Notes under the pieces: generated by a model | Seen by the model: the letters and a program-made list of their open reading frames with translations, nothing else | Databases searched by the model: none | Told to the model about the DNA's origin: nothing | Position numbers and translations under genes: made by a program | NCBI GenBank assembly: GCA_910592345.1 | Contig: CAJVPI010000323.1 | Coordinates: 1-35,383 of the forward strand | DNA from: Paraglomus brasilianum | Lineage: Eukaryota | DNA: 35,383 bases | Reading direction: 5' to 3' | Shown here: in pieces, positions 22,293 to 35,383 of the stretch | Position numbering within the stretch: the first letter of the stretch is position 1 | Layout of the letters: every line of letters begins with the position of its first letter

Positions 22293-23301
22293 ATACTGAT
22301 ACTGATAACCATCAATACTGCACCATCAATACTGCAATAATAGTAAATATAATGAATATAATGAATTGCTGTGTATAATGGTGTATGGTGATGCGTACGG
22401 GTTGTGTTGTGTGTAATACATCTAGAACGTATACATCTAGAATGTATAGTTCTATGGTATGTATGTGTTGTGTCAGTGTTTATCCAAATATCAATATCAA
22501 TCATCACACAATCACCATCATCAAAATATCAGTAATCAAGCATGTCACCTTATTCCTTATATTGGCTTGTTCGTATCATCATCACAAACAACAGCCCAAA
22601 ATATTTGAGCACAATCATAAATGGAATCCATAATTGAAATCCCAGTGTGTGGGAATCTTGCCAATTCTGTTCGTTTTCATGAGATGAAGCATCAATAACG
22701 GAACACGGTGAAACTTGCAACGTAGCACAGAGGGAAGAGTAGGAAGTGTTGTCATGGAATATGTGTCAAACTGAGTAATAACGATAAAAACACAGACCGA
22801 TGTGTGAGCAAGGGTGAAAAAAAAGAAAAAAGAAAAAAAAGAAGAAAAAAAAAAAAAAAAGAGAATAACATTTGATATGTGCTATCATATGTATGCTTAC
22901 TGTGGTAACCATAAATATATAGTATCATACTTATTGTAAAGTACATGCATATTATTTATACATTATCGCTGTCGATCGATATGCCCTTTAATTGCCACAT
23001 GTTATCGATTATCCACGAGAAACAAGATTGTGAAAGATTGTTGCAAAAGCTTATATAATAACTAAATATACACATACTAATACTTGTAATACTGTTAGCT
23101 AACATATTATATATATGATATATAATAGCTTATGCAGGAGACAATGACAGATAATAGGACAATAGGGGACGTATACCAAAAAAGAAGATTGATGGAAAGG
23201 GTGAAGGGGGAGAGTGAGAGTGAGAGTGAGTGAGAGTGAACAAGTCTTGTGATGTGAATGACATTGTGAGGATAATAATAAGTGGTATAACCGAAATAGC
23301 A

Positions 23302-23440
23302 ACACATATACACACACATACAATACATATACATAATACATAATACATAATACAGTACATATGACACACATACACCTCACACATACATCACACACCTCAC
23401 ACACCTCACACATATACCTCACATACATACACTTCACACT
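23302..23440. repeat. CA-rich low-complexity tract
   Basis: ACATAAT and CACACCT-type repeats. Confidence 0.8.
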
Positions 23441-23943
23441 CGTCAACACAATATAGATATTATGTAATTATCAGTTACGCAACACCATGATACATTTTTT
23501 CACTATCATTTTCTTGCTTAATCATCATCGACTCACACTTACTTGCATCTGCACATTAAACTAAATGCAATAGATTTGACAAGATAAAGAGAATGACAGG
23601 ACGATCAGTGACTTAAATGACAGTAGTATTTAATCCGGAGTTTAGTATTTATGGCGTATCGTGCAGAATAGAAAGGCCAGAGTACCTGCGGAATGGACAC
23701 TGTGTCCTGCATTTGGTATTCTTTATCCCACGTAAAAAATGCTCGCATCTCGTACACCTTCGTGTGACTAAACACTGCAACCTGCGCTTTACGCTATCTA
23801 TATATAAAATCTGCCATTGACATGTGGCTGCGGGGCCATCATCGAGTAAAGACGAATTTATTGGTGTACAACTTGGTGACAAGGAGATGCAGGTGCGGGA
23901 GCCTGCAAATGTGGCGTGGAAGTGGGTGGGTCGTGGGTTCATC

Positions 23944-24125
23944 GTGTGTGTATTGTGTGTGGGTGTATGTGTTGTTGTTATTGTTGTTGTTGTTGTTGTA
24001 TATATTGTATATGTGTTGTATGTGTTGTATGTGTTGTATGTGTTGTATGTGTTGTATGTGTTGTTTATGTGTTGTTTATGTGTTGTATGTGTGTTGTATG
24101 TGTGTTGTATGTGTGTTTATCTGTG
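23944..24125. repeat. TG-rich tract with (GTT)n and (TATGTGTTG)n
   Basis: Read directly from the sequence. Confidence 0.9.
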
Positions 24126-27042
24126 TGTCATGGAGGTATCCGTGATGTATGTGCGTTTGCTCTGATGGATAAATTGTATGACGAGTTCCAACATGGACAA
24201 TATATTACATATTCTCTCTAACATCTTGTGCATGTCTCCCATCATTGTTGTGAGAGTGGATTCCGTAACCAATACAATTCTTTTATTCAGCTATTGTCCT
24301 ACACTAGACATGTGGAAGCAGTAAACTATGAAACGTCAAACACGATATTGATAACTTTGAATATGAATTAGGATGAAATGATTTAGACAAATATATCCTT
24401 ACGATTAGAAAAACTGTCGTAAGTCTGTCATTTGCGCACGCATGTACGTCATCTCCTTCCCACATATTCATGCATCTAAATCAGATACCGTCAAGTCTAC
24501 TTAATATACGATACTCCCCCCAAAGTCATGTGGAAGCTAACCTGGCCATGCAACACGTGCACTGTTTACTGGACGCCACAATAGATAACAACGTTTTGCA
24601 TATTCAAAAATCGTCTCAATTGATTGATACAACATCTGACCATTAAATTTTCTAGCCTACACCTCGTATTGAACAGCAACTCGTGTAATTTATGACAATA
24701 AGTGGGACAGTTGACTAGTAAGAAAATTATTTGAGCATTAAATTGACAAAATCCCTTAGCTCCAAATGTGCACGCATGTCCAGTTCAGTAGTTTTAGCTC
24801 ATTTCCCGGTCATAGCATCTTGGGCTTGAGCACCAGATGCTTTTTATGTCTCTGACTTGTTTAGTTTCAAGTTGTTGCCCAGAAAAAGTTATCGCATCAG
24901 TTCACAAATTCAGAGCGGTTTGACAATATAATAAATAAAGATGAGTGTTATTATTCAGCTGTAAATGTTCTAAACTAGTACATGTTATATTGAAATTAAT
25001 CATCTGGGACAGTGATGGGTTCTAGAGTTTGATCATCATTACAGTTTGAAAGAGTTCGTGAGTTTGTTTTTTATTAAGGCATTCTTTGTCATTGTTTGAC
25101 TTGGGAAATTATTACAGCATGATGATCAGTTAATATTAACTCAGGACTATGACTAACAGCTAACACTTGGTCACTAAGTTTTATTGACATTAGGATTATT
25201 TTATCATAACTGGGCAAACGTATCATATTTAGTAAATTTAATTTTCAAGGTCTGCAAGAAAATCTCAATGGAATGCTCGTTCCTACTGATAAGAAGAATA
25301 TGATTAGGTAATGCGCTTGATATTTCTACGGGAACTTGATAATAATTCACGAACTAGAATAGTTTTTCGAGAAAATTCTTCACGCTGTAGCAACGCTTTT
25401 TATCAATAGTCATTTTGGTTTTCCATCGTGGCACCTTCTTTTACATTACTATGAACACGCGGTATTTACCATTCGTTGTCAGGTCAATGACTAACAAGAA
25501 TCGTATTGTGATTCCAATAGCAAAAAGCTCTCTCATTAGGATGTGGCTAGTACTTATTTATCCGTCGTCCATTGCTTTTAGTTTGAAATTAAAAAAACAT
25601 ATCTTGTTTGGGTCTTGAATGCCTCACGCGATTCTCCCCGCTTTCAAGCGATTCTGCAAACTGGTCGGGTGTCATAAGATGTGACAAAATGCATACATAC
25701 AGCGGAATTTTTAATCCTCGGTATTTATGCAGATTGCCTAAATGATGTAGAGGGTAACTTGTTCTCAGTAGCTAACGTTGACATTAATCTCAACACTCAT
25801 TATGTCATAATTCGCACTTTGAGATCTGACGAAATGCATTTGTTAAGTCAAGTGTTATAAAAAGTTTAATTCGAAAAAAACTATTTCACATAGATTGAAA
25901 CCTATTAATTACTGATATTAGTAATGGCAATCTATTTTGTACATCGACGGAAGGTTCTACTCTTCGTTAGAAAATGCATCAAGCTTCCTTGTGGAGAGTG
26001 TAGTATACCAACTGCTTCTATATATTGTTACAGACACAAAAGTGTACAATGTAATCGAGTCATCCAATTTAGTGGACGCGACTACTGTATAAGGCGCGTA
26101 AAAATTCTATCGCTAAAGTTGTTGCAATTACATGAATTAAATACAGAAAAGGAAAATTCAGAAACATTTCTAATTGACATATCGAACTTCTTGATCGATT
26201 AAGGAATTACACGTATATCGGTTGTTGTTCTGGTATAGTTTCTCTCCTTGTTCGTGAGTTGCTAGCGGCAAAGCTATTGCTTGGAAAGTCGGTTTGTTAA
26301 AAGAATTCGGACGTTATCTAAGTTAAAGATTAATCCATTTTAAAAGGGAGTAGACTAACATCCTATACGATAAGGAGTTCAATTTTTAGTAGTTTAGCTT
26401 AATAGCAGGCCTAGCGACATATGTAGCCGCCGTCGAAGCACGTTAGCAGGGCCGTGCTTTGAGCTAACTTCCTGAGTCAATAATTGAACACAACGCTCTC
26501 CGCATATAACGCTATGGTTTATGTGTTAATAATGCTGGAAAATATTGTAATAAAGCAAAATAAAAGATGGCTGTACTTACTTGCAATTGTCGAATAAATG
26601 TAAAACTTATTCTAGACAAAGGCCCGATATACGTTTATCAAGTGCTCAGAAAAGTTACATATGTGTCATCACTTATGAATTACAGAAGTAAAAATACGTA
26701 ATACAGATCTTTTTCGCGTCGCTACGTAACCGTTTTGCCTCCTCTGAACCTTTTACCAAAGCGTCTTCAGTAAATTGATAAAGTATGATCCCTTACTACG
26801 CCATTCGGGATGAAATAGCCGTAGACGCAATACATCATAACCCCCAAAGGCGGTGGTGCGTTTTTCTTATTTACCTGATATGAACGAATCAAGTTTTGTG
26901 CAAAAACTGATCAAATAAACATCGGCATATTCCGTGTGCGATGTAACGTTGAAAATGGATATAGATATTGAATCTGAAACATTTTTTTTTTACACAAACA
27001 TGTCATTACTTTAAAGGATTAAGGGTATTCCTAACCACAACC

Positions 27043-27180
27043 GATGTAGAATTATCCAATGGGTGGACTAGCAAACAATGACAAGCTGATAAGGAAATCT
27101 CAAACACGGACAAACTCCGCAAATGATGCCTATTTGGAATTCCATTGATTTTATTGATGACTGGGAAGAGGAAAGACACT
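27043..27180 (+). pseudogene. Short N-terminal fragment of a TKL-type protein kinase
   Basis: ELSNGWTS / DKLIRKSQTRTNSANDAYLEF resembles the WTSGN..DK.I..SQ....YLEWIP pre-kinase motif of expanded Mucoromycota/Glomeromycota kinases. Confidence 0.5.
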
Positions 27181-28297
27181 TACTTGGCCTTCCTGTTTAT
27201 GATACTGAAGTAAATTTGATTTTTCATGGCAGGACAACTAGGGCAACTATTTAATGATGAATATTTGTGTTAATAATTATTTGGATAATAATGACTTAAT
27301 ATAATGTATTGTTTCTATTCATAATACAAAAAATATTGTGCTCAAATAAGAATTTTTGATGAAATGCCAGAATTATTTATTTCTGAGGTAAATAATCCGA
27401 GTCCTTCAAAAAAGGCGTAGAAGCGCCTATAGTAATAGAGAAATATGACAGTTTAATTCTCAACATTTCAATTGCAAAAACATACTGGAATAGCAAATAT
27501 CATGTTCACTATACCATCCCTGGGTAATTTTCTGGCGGTCTTGGAAGGATGATCCCCCACTTGGTTCTAGTTTTGATATTAAGCGATTTATATAGAAACT
27601 TTTTTTTTTCACAAGTAAAAAATCTGATAATCGCGCGCGGACCTGTCAAGAATTGCTGGTTGAAAGCACTTTTCAGCAATTAAAAAAATTTTCACTACGC
27701 AACGTGAGCGACATATTGAGAGTTGAATAAAGAAAATGCAAACTGAATATTACGCGAACATCGCGTGTCTTATCAAATAGTTCTATCTATGTCTATAGTA
27801 ATCTTTTTATGCTATTAAAGTGGGAATTCAAGTGCACCACTATTGCAATGCTTTGCACCTCCAACTTGGCCTTTGATTTAAACGCAATCACCATGTACAT
27901 GGTATTTCTTTTAGGAAGCATCAGCTCCTACCAGACTTACCAGTTTCGAAGGGTTTAATATAAAGCTTTAGATAAAAAAATTTTTTTCTCTGGCGATTGT
28001 AGTAAAAAAGGAATGTAAAATTTCAAATGTCTCAAAAAAGGTCGGCATGGCAATAGTAGAAATTACTGGAAAAAAGGCATTTACGTGGAATGACGACAAA
28101 GACGTGAATAGGGACCGGGATAACAACAATTACAGCTGTTCTTTAAACTTATTAACTGACACTCGAAACTTTTCATATTCCCACGCGATTACGATGCGCA
28201 AACAATTTCCTTAATCACATGATTGTAGATCAACAAATTTTTGTTTTGACACTTGCAACCTCTTTTTTCTTTATTCACACATAGCCTTGTGTCAAGA

Positions 28298-29744
28298 ATG
28301 CCCGCAGAATCAACAAAAGTCTTTCTAGCTGCAAAGCTTCATGACCACCCATTAAATGTGGCCTTTCGCGCCTTTCTTGCCAAATTCCCTTTAAAAGCAC
28401 ATCGTCCTATACATCGGACGCCTCATCATGAAGTCCCAACGTTGTACGTTTGGGGAAACAAAAAGGGCGATAGGGGAAATCAGCCGATTAGTTTTGACTT
28501 TGCTTGTTTGAGATGGCAGGTATGCTTCTTTTACAATTACGTCTTTGCGTTTGTAACGAATGAAACTTGTGTAATAAAAGTTTGATAAACATGTATTTTT
28601 TTTTTTTTCAACCTGGAAGCGTAGGTCTGGTTGCTAATAATTGATGCTCGATTTGACGTTAAAAATTGCAATGAGCCATTAATGTCACCTTCAGGTATGC
28701 TGTTTTGCGCACGCGAATTGAACGAAACGAATTTGTCTTTTTTTTTTTTTTTACGAAATGATTTGTGTCGTTATTATGATCCATTAGGCAAACTTCCATT
28801 TCTTCTTACACCAAACAATGATGCCGTAATCGGTGAGCATATCGAAGAGTTCTTGAAACAAAATGTATGTGACAAATGAATGCTAGTTTTACGTCGGCTA
28901 CCCTTCTAAGGATAATTCGATAAATTGGTTGTTTTTCTTTACGCTTATCATTAACACGTAGCCAGAACATCAGCTGGACTTGGATATACCAGCTTTAACT
29001 ACTGATGAGGAGATTACTAATTCAAAGGCATTTGTTGCATTGGCTGATACAAAACTGCGTAATGCATTGGTAATACACTCTGATATGCATCCTGTTTGCT
29101 TTTGTGCATTTTCCGTTGTTTGTGGGAACCATTTACTTACTTGCATATTCCTTGTATTGTTAGATGTACTATTATTGGTGTGAAGCACAGAATTTTGAAG
29201 AAGTAACGAGTCAATTGTATGGTGCAAAATACCCAAAGCCATTAAATTGGATAATATTGTATCAGATGAAAAGCGCAGTCGTTAAAGAGCTTTTAACGAG
29301 AAAACCGGTATTGGATAGAGAAGAGGTGAGAACGTAACAACACAATGGAAAGATCATGTGCATATAGATTCATGCTCATAGCTTAATCAATCTCTACGTC
29401 ACGCATCAATATATCAGATATATCAAGAAGCAGAGGAGGCATTGAAAGCAATTTCAACCTTACTTGCGGATCACGATTACTTCTTTGGGAGAAGGTAGAC
29501 CGGCGTGGCTTTTATCTACTGAAATGCATGAATTTGTTCTTTACGTTATAAACCTACCACTTACACATTTCTCTTTAGTTCTCCATCGTTCATTGACGCT
29601 GTAGTCTTTTCCTACGTTCACCCAATACTATCAAATCCGACAACATCTGTGAATACTCTAACAACGATCACGCGTCGTTACAAGAATCTTGTCGAGTTCT
29701 CGGATCGAATGAAAAACAGATATTTTGCAAAGACATACCAGTAA
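28298..29744 (+). CDS. SAM35: Sam35/metaxin-like mitochondrial outer-membrane SAM complex subunit, 293 aa (exons 28298-28519, 28625-28694, 28788-28864, 28962-29069, 29164-29325, 29418-29494, 29579-29744)
   Basis: Seven GT-AG exons give an 882-nt open frame with FPLK, SFDFACLRWQ, MSPSGKLPFL, YPKPLNW and DYFFGRSSPSFIDAVVFSY (GST-like metaxin fold). No C-terminal transmembrane segment. Confidence 0.88.
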
Positions 29745-30190
29745 AATACAAAAAGGATGGATTACAGTTTTTGCGAACGACTTGTTGTTGGATGTGTCTA
29801 TGTAATGTTTTGATTATTTTTTTATTGGCCATCTAGAATATGAATACTGTATATAGAAAAACCGAAAACGGAGAAACCCAACTATGAGTGGAAAGAGGAA
29901 TCATTCGAGATGGAAGAACGGGGGGGACAACTAAAAGTCTACAAATACATACAAATACAAGTGGTATTATTACGACATTACCAATGAGGGAGAGTACGTT
30001 TGAAGAAAAAAAGTAAAAAAATAATATACAGGAAGGGGGACAATCAAGCAGACGTTTAGACGCTCACGGAACATACAGCTCACAAGAATACCCAACTAAG
30101 CAGATTAATACCAACTATTAACACATTCCCAATGAGCATTGTATCTTCAATACCACATCCAACCTATTCTTACGATTTTACTAGTCTACA

Positions 30191-31583
30191 TTAAGAAATT
30201 ACACAGTCGTTCTTTTTATTATTGTTCTTTGGAGTAGTTGGTGCCCCTTGTAACCTCTGCTGGGCTCGCACGTCTCCATGGGCGGCCGCCCTTCTGTACC
30301 ACATATTAGCATCGAGAAGATCTTTCTTAGTTCCAATTCCCATCTCGGTGAAATATCCGACAGCATATTCGGCCTTAGCCAATCCCTGATCAGCTGCTTT
30401 CTTGGCCCATAGAAATGCTTCGCCATCGCTCTGTGGTAATATCCCAGGCAATCCAACCAAATACCATGATGTCAGAGCAAAGCAAGCCTCGGGATGATTT
30501 TGTTGTGCTGCAATAGTATAATAATGAAGGCTCAATGCTGCATCACGAGGACATATCAACTTGCCATATTCGTAGCAATCAGCTAATTTGAATGCCGATG
30601 GGGCATAATTCAAGTCAGCAGCTCGAACTAGAAGTTGTACCGAGTATTCAATGTCGACAAATACAACGTTTTCGACGCCAACTATGTGCAGTTCGGCAAG
30701 TTCGTGTAGGGCGTGAGGAAAGTCTTCGGTTGCAGCTTCGGCGGAACGTTTTAACCATTTTACTCCGTCGCGAGGGTTTTTGGAAAGGGATAGTCCACCG
30801 TTTAGTTCGGCCATACCCAAACGGTACATGGCACCTGGATGTTGAGATGAAGCAGCTTTTCTGATTTATTGATAGAAAGAGCAAGTATATGAGTGTTAAA
30901 AGTCGAGGATATGTATAGAGAGAGAGGGAGAAGGAGAGAAAGTTTAGAGAGGTCGCTTGTTTCTCTCGAATGATCAAGAAGATCACTTAATAAAAACCAG
31001 ATATTTCAAAGAATAACTTTGATCTCCTTACATTCCTCCTCCAATAAATTGCGATACTCCGTTAATCGTCGACATACCTATAGAACTGCAATGCCTTGGA
31101 AGGATCCCTTCTGCATCCCAAACCATTTTCATAACACATTGCTGCTCTATACGCAGCATCTGGATGCCCATGTTTACTGGCATGTACAAATAGCGGAAAT
31201 GCCTTTTCAAAATCTGGTTTTCCCTTTGATGTGCCAATACCGTTAGCATAGCAATCGCCCAAATAAAACTGTGACTGTGCGTGTCCTCTGTCGCTTAATT
31301 TTTTCAGTAAAGCCAAACCTTCCTTGATCAACTCGTCTTTCTTTTTTGGATTTTCATCATTCATAGTATTTGATGCTTCTACCATAAAGGCAGCAAATTC
31401 GAATTGTATTGCTGGGTCGTTTGTTTTCTTTGCATTCTGTCGATATAGTTCGAGAGTTTGTGCGTGTGAAAGAAGGGAAGCTTTGTGGCCGGGTCGGAGA
31501 TGAGACTGGTCGAGAAGAGGTGGTTCTTGTACGAGAACCGAGCTTGGACGGGAAGAATCTGGAGTCGAAGGCGCGAGAGACAT
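30191..31583 (-). CDS. CHS4: Sel1-repeat chitin synthase activator, Chs4/Skt5-like, 391 aa (exons 31583-31078, 30860-30191)
   Basis: TLELYRQNAKKTNDPAIQFEFA, multiple Sel1 repeats, WLKRSAEAAT, ALTSWYLVG and AEYAVGYFTEMGIG, ending in CAAX motif CVIS. The intron AG|GTATGT..TCAG|A keeps the frame. Confidence 0.92.
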
Positions 31584-32894
31584 TTGGAATGTGTAAAGAT
31601 GGAGGTGGGGGGTGGGGGTGGTGGTAGTTCTGTGAACAGCACTCTATGTCTGCGTGTGAGTGTCGCTATAACGTTCTTCCGAATACGTGGCAAAGGAACG
31701 GGTCTTTTTAAGTTTTGCCCCTTTTATTTGGTCTCGAAAAAAGACGTATGCGATGTTGTGGAGTTTTATATATAGAATTTGTCTTTAATGGTTTAGTGTT
31801 AAAAAAGAAATTTTCATGTTGATAGATCGCCATTGGTAATGTTGCCGTTCATTTGAGTGGAACAATTTAACAGCATACAGTTTATTCCCCGCGTGTACCA
31901 TGGTGTACAAGTATATGCATTGGCGCTTGGCATCGAGTGGTCCTGGCATTTATGAGTTCATTACGCAGGGAATGGCCGTTCGTTGTGAGACAAAAACACG
32001 TTCAAAGGATGCGTAGACGATTAGCGGGTGGCTGTATCGGAATACTCAGGCAGATATTGGGGGATCTAATCTTTGCGCACGGGATTTAATCATTGGAGAT
32101 AATCTCTGGATTAATAGTAATAGATCGATATCCGCGGATAATCCTGTTGCCCGAAAGGAAATTTACGCATGTTCTTATTGAGAACGGTATTTCTTTACGA
32201 AAAGACCAGCAACAAAGTTTGACCATCAAATCGGGATGATTAATTAGTAAAACGTAGTAAAAACTTTAAATTCTCTACCCGCTATTTATTATTGTCCATG
32301 TTTCCTATGTAAATCATAATGAATACGGGACTGATAGATACGACCCCAAAATATTTTTGTTTGCGGCAACAGCGAACGGTTTGACCCATTTTGACTTCTA
32401 GATTTAGACTTTGTTTCTAGCTGGTTGTGGGAATTGGCAGAATAATGATTGGCCCCGTTCGAAACAATTTGAGAAACCCAAACCAGAGAACTAAATGACT
32501 GATTTGAAGCTTACTGATTTAGTAGTGGCTGATCTACGGTACACAATGATTTTATGTTTCGTCTCAAACAACTCTACATTTACAATTAAATAAGAGTATT
32601 TATATTTGCATAACGAGCAATACAATTACCGTGAACTTAATACTGACGATCAGTAACTAGAATACTTATGGTAACAGCGGTTATACTAATACCAAACATT
32701 ACCCAATTCATATATCACGCGCTCACACCACATAGCAAGTTTCATAAACTTTATTTTCATAAAAATATCCGAGACGCATAATACCGCAAATAAAACAAAT
32801 TCTCCCACAATATATCCTAATAACCAATTCTGGTTATTATAAACATCTAACATCAAAGAATTCTTCAATATTGCTAATCTTTCTCACAGAGGCC

Positions 32895-32954
32895 GCGGAG
32901 TTCATCACGGAGTTCTTTGCAGAGTTCTCTAAAAAGTTCATTGCGGAGTTCTTT
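32895..32954. repeat. Five degenerate 12-bp repeats (GCGGAGTTCTTT-like)
   Basis: gcggagttcatc acggagttcttt gcagagttctct aaaaagttcatt gcggagttcttt. On the minus strand it reads KELRNELFRELCKELRDELR. Confidence 0.8.
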
Positions 32955-33849
32955 CAATATTATTTGTTAAAGATTAAAAGTTAAGAGAAACGAGTTGGCA
33001 TGATACTTTACATCATAACGTGGAGAATTCGACCAAGTTTTACAAAGTAAAAACATTATGGCTACTTACTCTGATCTTGGCAAGACCCGCAAGTCTCAAC
33101 GCTGGCCCCATTTCCAGCCCGCCAATAATTTTATTCAAGGATAATTTTTGTTTCCTATGAGTTTCTCCGTGTTCTTTCCTTCAACTGAATTATTTTCATT
33201 AATTTTGGCAAGAGAAAGGCTGAGATAAACCTGATGAAAATATATTTTCACAAGAAGAATAATTATTGAGTGTATGTCAATTTAAGATATTATCCAAATT
33301 AATTAATATATAAATTCTTACCATAAACGTTTTTTTGGGGGGGTTTCGACTTTTGCATCAATCTCAAATCTTGGTTTTTTGTCAATATTTCTTCGTCCTC
33401 CTGATCATCATTATCAGTCATCAAGTTCATCGAATTCTAATATTTAGTACATTTGTATAATTGCAAGTTGATGTTTGAAACTTATATAAATAATTTTAAA
33501 GTTTAACATACATGTTGTTTTTGGAAATTCGGTCACCACCGTTCTGCTTTAAGACCCCATCCAATTGGAGAAAATGTTACATCCAGGTTTTGGTATATAA
33601 ATAAATGTATTGCTTACTTTTTTAACTCTATTCTCAATAGCCAGCATTCCAAATTTTATGGTGTTCTTGCCATAATTCAAAGAAAGGAATATTACGAAAA
33701 ATCACTGCCTGTTGAGCAGGTAAGTAGGTATAATATTTCTACTCTATAGGTTATTCCTTTCTTCTAGAACGTGTTGGAGACTGCTGGAGTTACGCAGAAA
33801 TTAGATAACAATAGCATAGAATAGAAGACAATCATACGCACTGGCGAAA

Positions 33850-34180
33850 CTAAGGTATATAAGCAGTGCGAGTTTTCGCTAAATTCAGTGTGTTCAATTA
33901 CATTCGATTCCTTTATTATTATAAATATCTCTAATAAACGAGTAGTTCTTATACTCTGCGATACATTATTAATGATTCGTACCCTGGTAAACATTCGATA
34001 AATAGTTGTGAACCACTAATTCCTATATCGAATAGGAATATTTGCTTCTTGTCCCGGGGATATTCTCGTAGCATCACGATTGTTATTCGCTCAAATTAGA
34101 TAGATACAAGTACACCTCCCATTAATCCCATCAGAAGGGAATAGTCAATTAACTCGAGGGCGAATAACCGTCTAGCACTT
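33850..34180 (-). pseudogene. Possible decayed LysM-domain gene
   Basis: GVLVS / LI*ANNNRDATRISPGQEANIP (34034-34116) fits the LysM C-terminal consensus L..AN.I.....I.PGQ.L.IP. A weaker second repeat lies downstream. Confidence 0.4.
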
Positions 34181-35048
34181 GGTGTCTACCGATCGACACT
34201 AGTCGTGAGTAGTAAAGCCTAATTTAAAGGCACTGATGTTAACTGTCGTTATATTTAACTAAAGTAGGAGAGCCACAGCTCCGTTCGAAAAATAGTCAAA
34301 TCCGGAATTGATTGCTCTCCCGCGATTGTTGACTCGAACAATACAGTGTGTTGTAAATAAAGTTGAAGCGTTTGCTTACAAATTAAATACATCATAAATG
34401 GCCTTTTACCTTTATTGAACGTGTTTGTAAAAGTAAATTTGATTTTCTTCATTTATTTATTTTTTCTTAATTATTGCCCGTTTTTATAAGCAAGAAATTT
34501 AGAAGTTTGTCTTTATAGAGTTTAATAACGTGTTAACTCAAAGCAACGACAAACTATTTTGCACTTTTGGCAAAATGGTATTTGTTCAGCCACATTTCTT
34601 TGAGAATAATCTTCGTAAGCGTTGCAAAAGATTTATTGCAAAAATAGAATAAATGGGAATGATCATCTTGATCTGATAGAAGAATAATGTTGAAAAAAAG
34701 AATGCCCAAGAATATCAGTGAGTTTATGAGTAAGGAGTGGGAAAAGAAACAGTACAAAATATTATTTTGTTTATGGAAAAAAAATGCAAACTAGTTTCGC
34801 AGCAAAACGGTAGTAGAATTAGATATTGAGATTTTTTGGTTAATGAAGCAACTTCTAACTTTTCAAATGAAGTTAAATTCATCTTATTACACACTGTAAT
34901 TGTGAAAATACACCACAAATTACAAGTTTATTCGAAAGAGTGGGTCACTAAATCGTAAGCAATGATGATGTTAATCTTGTAGATTGACTTTATATGAACA
35001 GAACCAACTGTTGTCTTCATAACCAGCACTAAACCCAAACTATCTCCT

Positions 35049-35383
35049 TTACTCCTTGTCAACCTCCCCTAACTCTACCTCTAAACTTGGCAAGCTGAAA
35101 TCTGACAAGGGAGGTAACTGATGAGAATTATTTTTTGGTTTAGGCAGATTTCCAGTAGGTAAGAGTGTGCTAGAATATTTACTCTCCTTCTCGAGACGTG
35201 ATAACGGTTTTACATCATTATGGTAGATGGTATTCCACACGTTGTCAATAAGGTCGTCGATTTTCAACCCTATAACAAGCTTGTCAATATCATTATAAAG
35301 TGTCTCTGCATCTGGACGCTTATCAGGATCAGCATCACAACACTGCTCGGCAAGTTTCTTGTATTCCTCTGGTGCGGAATCAG
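35049..35383 (-). CDS. 3' end of a TKL-type protein kinase (continues beyond the window)
   Basis: Frame is open from the window edge: DSAPEEYKKLAEQCCDADPDKRPDAETL (subdomain XI), then SKYSSTLLPTGNLPKPKN. Confidence 0.85.
   Translation of the reverse strand, partial: DSAPEEYKKLAEQCCDADPDKRPDAETLYNDIDKLVIGLKIDDLIDNVWNTIYHNDVKPLSRLEKESKYSSTLLPTGNLPKPKNNSHQLPPLSDFSLPSLEVELGEVDKE

Noticed and set aside
22187..24221. Many Cys/Val/Tyr-rich ORFs
   Set aside because: They are artefacts of CA/TG microsatellites.
24300..26900. Possible decayed coding or TE sequence
   Set aside because: No motif could be assigned with confidence.
32686..33730. Minus-strand relic peptides (e.g. FSPIGWGLKAER) suggesting a TE remnant
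   Set aside because: Too fragmentary to classify.
34255..34560. Bacterial operon-like junction (..KTGNN* gaaaaaataaataa ATG KKIKF..)
   Set aside because: AT-rich and short with no recognisable protein, so it could be chance.

Overview
Eukaryotic, intron-rich nuclear DNA from an early-diverging fungus. The gene families suggest Mucoromycota/Endogonales or a Glomeromycota-like lineage, which is an inference. About 1-12.3 kb is a mosaic of decayed pieces: a Dss1-like RNB exoribonuclease pseudogene, a group II intron remnant (clear domain V, possibly with a LAGLIDADG ORF, likely a NUMT), an AAA-ATPase-like fragment, Sola-like and Academ-like transposase remnants, two TA-type MITEs, a 161-bp triplication, a RhoGAP pseudogene and two K/E-rich fragments of possible endobacterial origin. 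One spliced PD-(D/E)xK-like gene with a poly-Asp tail lies inside this block. About 13.9-31.6 kb holds four apparently intact genes: an uncharacterised SAM-like plus helical-domain protein (-), a bHLH factor with a 19-nt microexon (-), a 7-exon Sam35/metaxin (+) and a Chs4/Skt5-like Sel1-repeat CAAX protein (-). The right end has more relics (a possible LysM remnant) and the 3' end of a TKL-type kinase. No tRNA, rRNA or CRISPR array was seen. All family assignments are by-eye motif recognition, not database searches.
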